From: a virus | Direction: 5' to 3' (one strand) | IMG/VR virus record: IMGVR_UViG_3300001865_000266 | Location: 1 to 43,168 of that record | DNA length: 43,168 bases | Shown here: positions 1 to 9,407 of the stretch, piece after piece | How the letters are laid out: every line of letters begins with the position of its first letter | Position numbering within the stretch: the stretch's first letter is position 1 | Program-made: the position numbers and the translations under genes | Notes under the pieces: model-generated | The model's database searches: none | What the model was told of the DNA's origin: nothing | The model's input: only the letters and a program-made list of their open reading frames with translations

Positions 1-456
1 TTAAAGTACGCCTTCGCCTTCTAAAACGTACTGTACTGTATAACTTCTTGCTGTTGATTGCGTTACGTTTGTGTTGTTGTAATATTTAATAAGTAAAGGA
101 TTAGCACTGTCAAAACGTAAATTCTTTAATACTGATGCTATTGCTGCATCTGTTGATGGGGAAGGTGTTCCTCTAACTACTCCTAGCCCTATTATTTGAA
201 TTAAATTATCAGATCCATAAGGAGCATTAACATATAAGAGTCTTGCACTGTCATCAGAACCTACAGATATGGTGACGGATTGGTATCCACTAGCCCCCCC
301 AATTTGAGGGATATATATTCCTAAATTGTTCAATCTACCAATCTGTCCTACTGGCGGAGTGATTATAATACTTTCATTTGTACCTGCTGCTTTAGATCCA
401 GTTTGATTATTTGTACTTCTCATCAATTTTTGATTAATATTAATTCCTGCTACCAT
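1..456 (-). CDS. Putative virion tail-tip/receptor-binding beta protein, paralog of 468..941
   Basis: Aligns with neighbour (INQK...ITPxVGQIGxLN...PLxIxYxN...RxYxxQY); distal tail-module position. Confidence 0.55.
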   Translation of the reverse strand: MVAGININQKLMRSTNNQTGSKAAGTNESIIITPPVGQIGRLNNLGIYIPQIGGASGYQSVTISVGSDDSARLLYVNAPYGSDNLIQIIGLGVVRGTPSPSTDAAIASVLKNLRFDSANPLLIKYYNNTNVTQSTARSYTVQYVLEGEGVL

Positions 457-467
457 ACTTTACCCTC

Positions 468-941
468 CTAAAATGATGTTTCAGCTTTTGAGATGTATTG
501 AATATTATATGTTCGTGGATTAGTTTGGATATCCTCAGACTGATTTGTATAAACAATTCCCAAAGGCATTGAATTGGTGAATTCAATCGATGATAAAAGT
601 TGAGCAAAGGCTGCTTCAGACATAGTGAACGTGGTTCCATCAGGCGCAATAAAATATGGATCGCCTATTGGTGAAAATCCTTGAACAGCTAATTTAGTTG
701 TGTTTGCTTCCTGACCAAATGCTAAAACTCGATCTGCTCCAATATATATGTCTATTTGATGACCCCCCCAACTTGAACCAAAGGGAGGACAATTAATTAA
801 TAATGAATTTAACTTTCCAATCTGTCCCACTGCAGGCGTTATCGCTATTGTTTCAGAAGCTCCAGTTGCTAATGCTACTGTTTTCTGAGTATTCGCATTT
901 ACAATTTTTTGATTTATATCAATATTTACAGTTATATCCAT
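468..941 (-). CDS. Putative virion tail-tip/receptor-binding beta protein, paralog of 1..456
   Basis: Paralogy seen by eye; GGAGG-type SD; tail-module context. Confidence 0.55.
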   Translation of the reverse strand: MDITVNIDINQKIVNANTQKTVALATGASETIAITPAVGQIGKLNSLLINCPPFGSSWGGHQIDIYIGADRVLAFGQEANTTKLAVQGFSPIGDPYFIAPDGTTFTMSEAAFAQLLSSIEFTNSMPLGIVYTNQSEDIQTNPRTYNIQYISKAETSF

Positions 942-942
942 A

Positions 943-1425
943 TTAAAATCCCGCCTGTACGTTTAATGTAATGTTTGCAAGTGTATCATAACTTGAAGAC
1001 AAATTAAAAATAAAATCAACATATTCTAATACAAGAGCATAGCCTGTTAAATCATTTGTAGCACTTGTGGCTACTGCTGTTTGTCCAAAATTCTTTTTAA
1101 TATCAAATGGAACATTATTTGAATTGGATATTGAAATCCATTTTTTGAATGGTTCAAAATTTGGATAAACTCTTAATGTAGCTGTAGCTGTTGTTTTACC
1201 TGTTGAAAGTTTTATCTGTGTATTATCAGTTGAAAGTTCACAATCAACCAAAATTAAATTAATCAAAAATGGCCCTACTTTCTGTTCTTCATCTCCATAA
1301 ACAGCAGTATTAAAATCAGCTGGTAATTTTAGAGTAATTATTGGATTCATTAGGAGAGTTAAAAGCATAGCCCCATTCCAACTTTCAGCTTTAAAATCCT
1401 CCCCTATTTTTACAAAGTTACCCAT
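943..1425 (-). CDS. Hypothetical protein, probably virion-associated
   Basis: 160-aa ORF tightly coupled to both neighbours. Confidence 0.6.
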   Translation of the reverse strand: MGNFVKIGEDFKAESWNGAMLLTLLMNPIITLKLPADFNTAVYGDEEQKVGPFLINLILVDCELSTDNTQIKLSTGKTTATATLRVYPNFEPFKKWISISNSNNVPFDIKKNFGQTAVATSATNDLTGYALVLEYVDFIFNLSSSYDTLANITLNVQAGF

Positions 1426-1648
1426 TTACATCTCCCCCTATCCCATTTATCTGTTCATATGTGTCTGCATCAAACCACATTATCCATTTACTGCTTTGAA
1501 CCTTAATTGTGCCTAAGTAAAATCCTTCTGTCACAATTTCTGCATTTCTGACAATTGTAGGTAAATCAAATTCAGGTAAATGTGCTTCATGGATAAATGC
1601 GCCTACAACGAGTTCTAAACGATCAAAATCAATAGTTATGTCTGTCAA
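1418..1648 (-). CDS. Hypothetical protein
   Basis: 76-aa ORF, TTG start after GGAGG SD, overlaps next gene. Confidence 0.55.
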   Translation of the reverse strand: MTDITIDFDRLELVVGAFIHEAHLPEFDLPTIVRNAEIVTEGFYLGTIKVQSSKWIMWFDADTYEQINGIGGDVNG

Positions 1649-1672
1649 AATAGAATACCTCCTTTAAAATAA

Positions 1673-3958
1673 TTATTCTGGAGCAATGTAACCATTATCA
1701 ATAGTTACTTGAACTCCAGGTAAAACAAGATTTTTAATTACACTTTGTAAAATAGAAATATCTGTTCCCGTAGGTACTGTTATGGTTATCTGCTTTTTTT
1801 GCATGGCAAAATAACCACCAAATTTAGAAGCAATTCCAGTATAATTATTTGCTTTGCATTTGGATCCTGCTTTGGCAATATTTGGAATTGAATTTGAAAT
1901 ATCTATTTCAGTTTCATCGATATTTAATATTGCAGATACTGCTGTTTTTACTCCTGCGATTGTGATATCTGCTGAGATTAAACTAATTATGTTGGCCCTG
2001 TATGTGTTATCATCCATACCATTTCTTTGGATGCCAAACCAATCCCCATATCTTTCTAAATTAATGCCAGTAGCAAAGGGTAAAAATCGGCCTCGACTAT
2101 TTTTAAAAATATCTACTTCCATTTGTGCAAAATATTTTCCTATACTTTTATCAATCAGGATTCTTCCAGGATTTTCAGGATCATTATTTATTATATGATC
2201 TTCTGGAAGTCTTTCTCTTATTTCAGTACCATAATCAACTTGAGCTGTTGTAATCTCTTTATCACAAATATAATACGTTATTCCTTCAATATCGTCTGTG
2301 GCAATTGCTGTGATATGGTCGGTTGGCAATATAAATTCATCTAAGGTTTGATATTCTCCAGTTCCAGTAATTACAACATAATCAGATGTATTTAGATAAA
2401 ATCCTAATGTTTTGTTTTTAGGGATCTTAATAATTGTTTCAGCTGCTACAAGAGAAGGAGTTAATTTGATTCCTTCCCCTGCAAATTTGCCTTGAGTTGT
2501 AATCCTTGTAGTTGTTGGATTTGTATAAGCACGGCCATCTGGAAGGTATAAATCTGCAGGACTATACCCAAATTCACATAGTGCATATCCTATGCAGGTA
2601 GGATGATCAAAAACAATATTTATATCTTGAATTATATCCTCGGTCGGATATTCTGGTTCATTTGGATTATATAGTGGATTGTTTTCATCCCTATAATAAT
2701 CATAAGTAATTATGGAAGGTAAAACATTATTTACACCTGCACGATTAAGATTATCTTCTAAAACTTCTTTAAACCATTTATGTTGCATTTGAAGTGAAAC
2801 TCCGGTTGGGGCCGTTCCCATACCACGATAAATTTCGGGCATTATATAATCGCAAATAGGTGCCAGATCTTCGATGTATGCATCATGACTGGTAACAGGT
2901 AAAATATTAATTGAGAATATTTTATTATATTGATGTGCTAGATCTCTTACAGCTGTAGCAAAATCAATTAGATCCTGTCTATTTTGTAATCTTGCATCTA
3001 TTGTGGAAGTATCCCAAAATGAATCCGGGTATAAATAATCATTTAAAGATACACCATCTATTCTAGGATAGGCTATTAATATTTCTTCTAATCTAGACAA
3101 AAACCAGGATCTATAAGTTAAATCTGAAGGATCTGCATAAGCTGTTCCTCCTTCAGCAACGAATGGTAAAACACAGAAATGGAACTTTAAATCTGAATCT
3201 TCAATTTCGGCCAGATTAGTTTCAAGTTGAGATTTACTTAATGTGTTGTTGGCTTGAAGTTGATGATCCAAATACCATAGATCTGTGCAGCCACTTTCTT
3301 TTATCAGCGGATACATTTCAGGATGTGCAGTGGCAACATTATCTTCAACCATACCCCCACGAATATAATTTGAAGGTGGAGCTTCAACTTCTGTTACAGT
3401 GACACTGTTATCTTGTATTGAGGTTTGACCGGGGATCCATTCATAAGGACTTGGGGGTGTTGAACCTGTTACCAACATACCTCCTCCATAGACAAATGTA
3501 GTGGCCTGTGGAGTGTAACCAGTTGCAATAATAACGCTTAATTTGGTTCCAACTGTTACAGTACGAGTTAATGGGATAAAATTTTCACTGTTATCATAAT
3601 TGTAATAACCTGATCTTTCAAATCCAATTACATTTCCATCTGAATCTTTTTCAACTAAAAAGGCTTCTAAAGTTGTATCAGATCCCCCACCCGTGCCTAA
3701 TAAAATTGAGTATATTTCATTTGATAATACATCAAATGATTGAATTTCTATTCCTTCATCCAACTGACTTCCCGGAGTAGATATTAAAACACTTGCATCT
3801 CCAAAGATTTTAACATCAGGATCTATTGAAATAGTTGCACCATTATATTCTACCATTCCATCCAAGTTACCATTTACTCCAGGATCTGCAACATTTACAG
3901 GCAATAGATTAGATAGTTTATTACTAACAGTGTTATTAAGAGATATTCCCATTACCAT
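1673..3958 (-). CDS. Baseplate wedge-like protein (C-terminal P2 gpI-like) fused to N-terminal CBM-like and glycoside-hydrolase-like TIM-barrel domains
   Basis: C-term FATGINLERYGDWFGIQRNGMDDNTYRANI wedge motif; middle ADPS...RIDGVSLNDYLYP...SINILP...DYIMPEIY pattern resembling GHL10/DUF4015-like barrels; follows baseplate J gene. Confidence 0.65.
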   Translation of the reverse strand: MVMGISLNNTVSNKLSNLLPVNVADPGVNGNLDGMVEYNGATISIDPDVKIFGDASVLISTPGSQLDEGIEIQSFDVLSNEIYSILLGTGGGSDTTLEAFLVEKDSDGNVIGFERSGYYNYDNSENFIPLTRTVTVGTKLSVIIATGYTPQATTFVYGGGMLVTGSTPPSPYEWIPGQTSIQDNSVTVTEVEAPPSNYIRGGMVEDNVATAHPEMYPLIKESGCTDLWYLDHQLQANNTLSKSQLETNLAEIEDSDLKFHFCVLPFVAEGGTAYADPSDLTYRSWFLSRLEEILIAYPRIDGVSLNDYLYPDSFWDTSTIDARLQNRQDLIDFATAVRDLAHQYNKIFSINILPVTSHDAYIEDLAPICDYIMPEIYRGMGTAPTGVSLQMQHKWFKEVLEDNLNRAGVNNVLPSIITYDYYRDENNPLYNPNEPEYPTEDIIQDINIVFDHPTCIGYALCEFGYSPADLYLPDGRAYTNPTTTRITTQGKFAGEGIKLTPSLVAAETIIKIPKNKTLGFYLNTSDYVVITGTGEYQTLDEFILPTDHITAIATDDIEGITYYICDKEITTAQVDYGTEIRERLPEDHIINNDPENPGRILIDKSIGKYFAQMEVDIFKNSRGRFLPFATGINLERYGDWFGIQRNGMDDNTYRANIISLISADITIAGVKTAVSAILNIDETEIDISNSIPNIAKAGSKCKANNYTGIASKFGGYFAMQKKQITITVPTGTDISILQSVIKNLVLPGVQVTIDNGYIAPE

Positions 3959-3968
3959 CTTATCACCT

Positions 3969-5102
3969 TTAAACAGCTTCAGACAATGTTATTGTTCCAA
4001 GTTGAACAGCTTCATCTTCATCTACTAATACATTGCCACTCGGAGCGCTAATTGTATAATCTAAAAAAGTAGTTCCAAGTGAATTAACAACTATTGTTTG
4101 TAAAACAGAGAATACAATTCCCTCTCCACCATTAAGGCCAACATATTCCTGTCCATAAGTAGTTGTACCACCATTAAAGTAGCATTTAATGTCTGATTCC
4201 AAAATTGGTTTTATGGCACTCCATGTTTGGCCTGATTTTAAAGTTACAGTTATAGTTACATCTTGAGTAACAAAAGTAGGTTTACTCACTTGAATTGTAA
4301 TTCCACCTATTTTATGATCTTCCTGTGCAAATAATTCTGTTACAGCTGTGATAACCCCATCAGGAGTAGGTTTTTCAGTTCCATTCACATATAATACCAT
4401 GTCATGAGTAGGGATTAAAGGAGTATCCACAACAACTGAATCATGAACTCCAATTATATTCCCTGATTCTTTTTTATACCAACTCACACTACCCGTAATT
4501 TTTCCTTTTCCAGACTCCAAAATCCTTTCTCTGAAAGGAGCGTCTAGTTCTTGATCCATACCTCCAATAAAAGCTGAGGGATTTGTTACTTCTAAATCAA
4601 AAAGAGGATTATTAATCGTATCTATTTTTCCTGCTAATACGTTCCCATTGGTCCCGCCAATACTAGCTATTCCTATAAGGTTTACATTAGTATCCCCTGC
4701 TTCAAGGGTAACTTCATTTTCAGTCTCAAAAAATAAACTTCCATCGGAACTGCAGGTCAGAGATGTACCAGAATCAATTACAATGTCCTCAACTTTAGCT
4801 GTTGCTGTACTAATAACTAAAGGCCCTGTTGCTTGTACTGCCTGTTTACGTCTACAATTAACTAGGATACCTATCATGTCCAAATGAGCACCACTGGCAG
4901 TGTGGACATATCCTTCATTAAATAAATAATCTATTAAAAATCTTTGTTGATATGCTGAAATTCCTACACTTTCAAGCACATTTCTAGCTTCAGCACCTTC
5001 ATTAAAATCTGTGATTTTAGATTGGGCTGTCTGGAAATAGTTGATTAATGTATTTGTAATTGAGGCCTGATCCTCTAACACATAAACAGAATTATCTGCC
5101 AT
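3969..5102 (-). CDS. Baseplate J-like wedge protein
   Basis: TASGAHLDMIG...RKQAVQATG...GTNGNV...GGMDQELDAPFRERI pattern typical of gpJ/Mu gp47. Confidence 0.9.
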   Translation of the reverse strand: MADNSVYVLEDQASITNTLINYFQTAQSKITDFNEGAEARNVLESVGISAYQQRFLIDYLFNEGYVHTASGAHLDMIGILVNCRRKQAVQATGPLVISTATAKVEDIVIDSGTSLTCSSDGSLFFETENEVTLEAGDTNVNLIGIASIGGTNGNVLAGKIDTINNPLFDLEVTNPSAFIGGMDQELDAPFRERILESGKGKITGSVSWYKKESGNIIGVHDSVVVDTPLIPTHDMVLYVNGTEKPTPDGVITAVTELFAQEDHKIGGITIQVSKPTFVTQDVTITVTLKSGQTWSAIKPILESDIKCYFNGGTTTYGQEYVGLNGGEGIVFSVLQTIVVNSLGTTFLDYTISAPSGNVLVDEDEAVQLGTITLSEAV

Positions 5103-5112
5103 AATTTTCCTC

Positions 5113-5499
5113 CTATAAAGTTGATTTTGAAAAAACTAAATTATCCGTGCTTGATTCTCCAATTAATTTAACATCCACATCTCCAGAAAATCCTTGATTT
5201 GTAACATTGATATTAACTATACCAATATCTTCAACTCTAGGTTCTTGTAAAAGACATTCTGTTGTATATAACTGTATTAACTGTTCAGCTGTTTCTAAAT
5301 CAGTTGTACCAATAACGTTTATTGATTGATTACCATATTTTGAATATCCAAAAACAATTAATTCATCATACTTTGTCAATAATCTAGTTTTAATAGCTTG
5401 AAGTGCATTGTCTTTACCAGAAATTAACTTAAAATCTCCTTGGGCGTTAGCAGTCCATTCAGAATCAATATCTGTGCCGAAGTCAACATCATTTGGCAT
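5113..5499 (-). CDS. Baseplate gp25/W-like protein
   Basis: GDFKLISGKDNALQAIKTRL...YG...ECLLQEPRV pattern; start moved to ATG 5499, just after the upstream stop. Confidence 0.8.
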   Translation of the reverse strand: MPNDVDFGTDIDSEWTANAQGDFKLISGKDNALQAIKTRLLTKYDELIVFGYSKYGNQSINVIGTTDLETAEQLIQLYTTECLLQEPRVEDIGIVNINVTNQGFSGDVDVKLIGESSTDNLVFSKSTL

Positions 5500-5500
5500 A

Positions 5501-6196
5501 TTAACACTCCCCATAAATTTCATCACGAACTAAAATAAATACTAATGACGCTGAAATTGGATCTATGAAGTGACCTAAAATAGTAGTATAAAATTTATAT
5601 TGAATTTTAGAAACCCATGCTTTTTTTTCTGGATTTCTATCCTTTTTTAAAGTTACACCAGGATATTTTGAATTTTTTGTACTTTTTTCACTCATTTTTA
5701 ATCTACTTTTTTTTAAATGGCCAATGCCTTTTATTGCACTATTTTTAGAAATTTTATCCCTTGTTTCTAGAGATACTGGATGCCCTGATTTCAATTTGGA
5801 CATATTTTTACTAAACTCACTGGAACGTTTTGAACCATAGTTTGGATTGTCTTTTCCAAAACGTCCCCATAATGGATGATTGGGTCCAGATTCAAATCCT
5901 TCTCCGCCATTAGTTAAATTATAACCAATTTCAGGATTATTTGATTCATATTTAGAAATATATAATCTTTCTAATTGAAATAATACTTTTTCATCAGGAT
6001 TAGAATCCAGGATGTCCCATTTAAAATTTTCAAAACCATATTTTCGTAATGCTCTATGAAAATAAAAATTGGATCCATTATTCATTTCATTTTTGTGACG
6101 GCGTTTCCTCTCTTTTAATCCTTCAGTGGTTTTTCCAATGTAATATTTGCCATTGAGTTGATTCGTTACTTTATAAATTATATATTTAGTAACCAT
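5501..6196 (-). CDS. GIY-YIG homing endonuclease with NUMOD3-like and AP2-like DNA-binding domains
   Basis: IIYKVTNQLNGKYYIGKT...RH...LERLYISKY...GYN; HPLWGR and HPVSLETRDKIS NUMOD3-like motifs; C-terminal AP2-like segment. Confidence 0.9.
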   Translation of the reverse strand: MVTKYIIYKVTNQLNGKYYIGKTTEGLKERKRRHKNEMNNGSNFYFHRALRKYGFENFKWDILDSNPDEKVLFQLERLYISKYESNNPEIGYNLTNGGEGFESGPNHPLWGRFGKDNPNYGSKRSSEFSKNMSKLKSGHPVSLETRDKISKNSAIKGIGHLKKSRLKMSEKSTKNSKYPGVTLKKDRNPEKKAWVSKIQYKFYTTILGHFIDPISASLVFILVRDEIYGEC

Positions 6197-6207
6197 AATA
6201 AAACTCC

Positions 6208-6498
6208 TTAAAATTTACCTATAATAACCGGATTTCCACTATGCCCTCCAATAAAAGCAATTAAAACAGAATCTCCAACACTTAAATTTAAAGTTGAATC
6301 TGCCCCTGAAAAACAAGATTGCAATATTGGAACCCCCTCATCATTATATGTTCCCGAAACAGTTCCAACACTTGCTAGATTTCCATTAATAGCTGTAACT
6401 ACGGCTTTTATTGGAGGTTCACTCCAATTAAAATATTCTTTACAAAGAGTGTGAATTTCTTGTGATATTAATCCAGGAATATGTTTTTCTTCAGCCAT
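6208..6498 (-). CDS. Baseplate spike (gpV/gp5 OB-fold-like), short
   Basis: AVVTAING...VPIL...LSVGDSVLIAFIGGHSGNPVIIG; start moved to ATG 6498 (GGTGG SD, overlaps hub stop). Confidence 0.75.
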   Translation of the reverse strand: MAEEKHIPGLISQEIHTLCKEYFNWSEPPIKAVVTAINGNLASVGTVSGTYNDEGVPILQSCFSGADSTLNLSVGDSVLIAFIGGHSGNPVIIGKF

Positions 6499-8458
6499 GT
6501 TTCCACCAACTTGCAGCATGACAGGTTGAATCCCATACTCTCCATACCCCATTATATTTAATTTTTAAGTGAGCATGGCCCCCACTCCAACCTCCACATA
6601 ACCTTGCAGGTATTGTTAAATATACTAATTTAACTTCAAATCCTAATTTTTCAATATATGACTGTGCTAATTGTGATTGATCAACACAATTTCCTAGTTT
6701 ACTACTTAAAACCTGTGAATTAGTTTTTTTACTGTTTACATAATATTGGTATTTTATTGTATTCCAAAACCAGTCATAAAGACTCTGAAGATCTGTTACG
6801 CCACTTGGTAATCCTGCAACTGATGTTGCACATGTGGAATTTCCAGTAGCATTATTCTTGACTTGGCCAACAGCTGCATTTGTTGGGGTTGGCCCTGAAA
6901 CACGTTTTAAATATAAATTGCTTCCATCAATTTTTTTCTTTCCAGTGACCGCACAGAAATCATTGTCATTTTCAGAAGTCCATTCTCCTTCAGGAACCCC
7001 TTTGGGATTCCATTTCAAAGTTTTTCCAGAGGATGGATCTTTATTTTCAAAACAAGTTAAATAATTACGGTAAGAATATTTAGAACGTACTGAAGGTTTA
7101 GCTACTGCACATACTGTATCACTATCAGAAGAAGTACAACTTGTGGAATCATCATCATTTGGGGGAACATAAATCCAATTTGAAGGAGGAGCCGGTTTTC
7201 CATCAAGAAACTGTATTTCGGTTGTTATGTTGTTTGGTTCTTGTGTAATTTTAACTTCTTGGGTGTAATATGCTTTTAATTTATGATAACTCCATTTAGG
7301 AGGAACAAAAATCATCCATTCTCCCTTATATATATCTAATATATCTGGAACAGTTAAATTGCCTGTGAATATAGGTTTTCCACTCTCTTTATATAATTTA
7401 TCTGCTGCTTCTTTTGCTTCAGCTTTAGTAGTTATATTACTATCGTCTATTATGTCTCGGATATTTCCATATTTAATAACTAATTTAGTGTTTTTATAAT
7501 CATAAAGCAATTCTCCGTCTTTACCATAGACTACAACCCCAGTTATGATATCTGATGCATTATATTCTAAGCCATATTCTGATGCAGATTCTTCAGTTAT
7601 GAATACATATCCTTTCGTAGAGTTAGGTATTTTCCTTAAAATAGGGATTCCATCAGAATTTACAAAGAATTCAAGATTAGCTTCGAGATTAGTGCATTGT
7701 TGAATTATATCAATAGTTTTATTTGTGTCAATTATGATTTTATCATGAATAGTTGTTGTATTCATTATTCCATTAGTAGGCATCCCTTGTTGTCGAAGCA
7801 ATTCCTTAATAATATCTGAAACTTTACATTTGTAATATTTAAGTCTTTTTTTTCCAAACAACAATCGTGTATAATCTAAACAACTGTAAGAATAACCTTG
7901 ATCAGAATGAGATTCTTTAGGATCTGTTATCTGACCACCAAAGGGATGATGTTTTCCTATCACATTTACTCTTGACATTTCAGCATAATAGTTAGGACTT
8001 TTAAAGTCCGCCGTGTCGGCACTAAATAAGGTGTAAGTTAAAACTAAACTATAAAAGGGGGAGGTTTTCCCAGTGTATCCTTGAGCTTTATCTGTAACTT
8101 TGGATCTAGATGAACTTACATATACCTCACTTGTACCCAATGGGTTGCTTTTAGTTGTAGTCTGTTTTGTAGTTTCTTTACCTATTTTTCCAGATCCTAA
8201 AATCGGTATCGTTTTGGATTTTTTATGTTTATTATACCAAACTAACATCAATGTGTATCGGGTCCAGGAAACATAATCAACACGACGGGATGTAATGTAA
8301 ACGATTTTCGGTTTCCTATTATAATCGTCAATAAATTTGTTAGTACGATTAATCATGTCAATAAAAAATGATTTGGGTACTAAAAGATTATCATTGCTTA
8401 CATCTTTTTCCGTCAATCTAATAACTCCTTTAACTATCTGTTGTCCATTTATCTCCAA
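6491..8458 (-). CDS. Baseplate hub/tail protein with N-terminal pseudomurein-binding-like repeat and C-terminal Pei/transglutaminase-like Cys protease domain
   Basis: FIDMINRTNKFIDDYNRKPKIVYI repeat; hub-like middle; GNCVD...GGHAH...VWD catalytic triad. Confidence 0.75.
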   Translation of the reverse strand: MEINGQQIVKGVIRLTEKDVSNDNLLVPKSFFIDMINRTNKFIDDYNRKPKIVYITSRRVDYVSWTRYTLMLVWYNKHKKSKTIPILGSGKIGKETTKQTTTKSNPLGTSEVYVSSSRSKVTDKAQGYTGKTSPFYSLVLTYTLFSADTADFKSPNYYAEMSRVNVIGKHHPFGGQITDPKESHSDQGYSYSCLDYTRLLFGKKRLKYYKCKVSDIIKELLRQQGMPTNGIMNTTTIHDKIIIDTNKTIDIIQQCTNLEANLEFFVNSDGIPILRKIPNSTKGYVFITEESASEYGLEYNASDIITGVVVYGKDGELLYDYKNTKLVIKYGNIRDIIDDSNITTKAEAKEAADKLYKESGKPIFTGNLTVPDILDIYKGEWMIFVPPKWSYHKLKAYYTQEVKITQEPNNITTEIQFLDGKPAPPSNWIYVPPNDDDSTSCTSSDSDTVCAVAKPSVRSKYSYRNYLTCFENKDPSSGKTLKWNPKGVPEGEWTSENDNDFCAVTGKKKIDGSNLYLKRVSGPTPTNAAVGQVKNNATGNSTCATSVAGLPSGVTDLQSLYDWFWNTIKYQYYVNSKKTNSQVLSSKLGNCVDQSQLAQSYIEKLGFEVKLVYLTIPARLCGGWSGGHAHLKIKYNGVWRVWDSTCHAASWWKHG

Positions 8459-8864
8459 CTTTCATCTGTACTTTTGAATCTTTGATTTTGATGTTGTAAT
8501 CTATGAAATTTTTCCTGGTAACATTAAATGTAAAATCTTCTTGAAGTTTAATAGTTATAGTAAATCTTCCTTTTTTGTATTCAACAGGTTTAAAATCAAT
8601 AATATGATAAAATCCATTGTATTTGGCTTTACTATTACTAATAAGAGGAACTCGTTTTCCTTTTTTCCACAATGTATCGATTTTAGGATATTGGGAATCA
8701 TTAGCAAATGCACTGATTTCAAGTAAGCGGCCACCGTTTCCCTGATAACTTGTATGACTTCCACTTGCTCCGACAATCTGTGAAACTGGCCGCATTAATT
8801 GGGGGTCTAAACTGATGTTCGTAACAGGAATTGTAATATTATCAATTGTAACATAACCAGACAT
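8430..8864 (-). CDS. Tail/baseplate protein following tape measure (tube-initiator-like)
   Basis: Position after TMP; GGAGG SD; beta-rich 144 aa. Confidence 0.55.
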   Translation of the reverse strand: MSGYVTIDNITIPVTNISLDPQLMRPVSQIVGASGSHTSYQGNGGRLLEISAFANDSQYPKIDTLWKKGKRVPLISNSKAKYNGFYHIIDFKPVEYKKGRFTITIKLQEDFTFNVTRKNFIDYNIKIKDSKVQMKVGDKWTTDS

Positions 8865-8922
8865 AACGAACCTCCACTATTCATAAAAATATAAATAAAA
8901 AGTAATGACAAAAATAATAATC

Positions 8923-9402
8923 ATGAGGATAAATGTGGTTGCAGTCGTTTTGCTGCTATTAGTGATTGTAGCATTTTCAGGAGTGGGTTTTGCTACAAGT
9001 GTAAGTGACAAGGGAAGTAAGATAACTACTCCGTTGAACTATAATGCTGATTGTGATAATGAAAGGCATGTTTATAGTTGGGAAACAGTTTATTACAACA
9101 CTAATCATATGCAACTCAAAATGTTCATGAGGGAACAAAAAGTAACATCTGTTCGAGTAAATGGGAAATATAAAGATAAATGGGTTAATTGGAATAATCA
9201 GAGACATACTTATACAGTTAGTTGCACTAGAATAAATTCTAATCATTTAAAAATTGTCACAAAGGTATATAATAATGGGAAATATATTGGTGGGGATGTT
9301 CAATCATTAAAAACTAAACATTCAGTGTATTATACCTACAAACGCAATGTTAAACACAATATTAACTATTTTATAAAATATGGAGATAGATATTGGATGT
9401 GA
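8923..9402 (+). CDS. Secreted/surface basic protein on the opposite strand (moron-like)
   Basis: Signal peptide MRINVVAVVLLLLVIVAFSGVGFA; K/Y/N-rich; ATG 8923 preferred over 8905. Confidence 0.75.
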   Translation: MRINVVAVVLLLLVIVAFSGVGFATSVSDKGSKITTPLNYNADCDNERHVYSWETVYYNTNHMQLKMFMREQKVTSVRVNGKYKDKWVNWNNQRHTYTVSCTRINSNHLKIVTKVYNNGKYIGGDVQSLKTKHSVYYTYKRNVKHNINYFIKYGDRYWM

Positions 9403-9407
9403 ATTTT

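Noticed and set aside
1-941. Diversity-generating retroelement or invertible tail cassette
   Set aside because: No reverse transcriptase, adenine-specific template/variable repeat pair or invertase sites seen; similarity is ordinary paralogy
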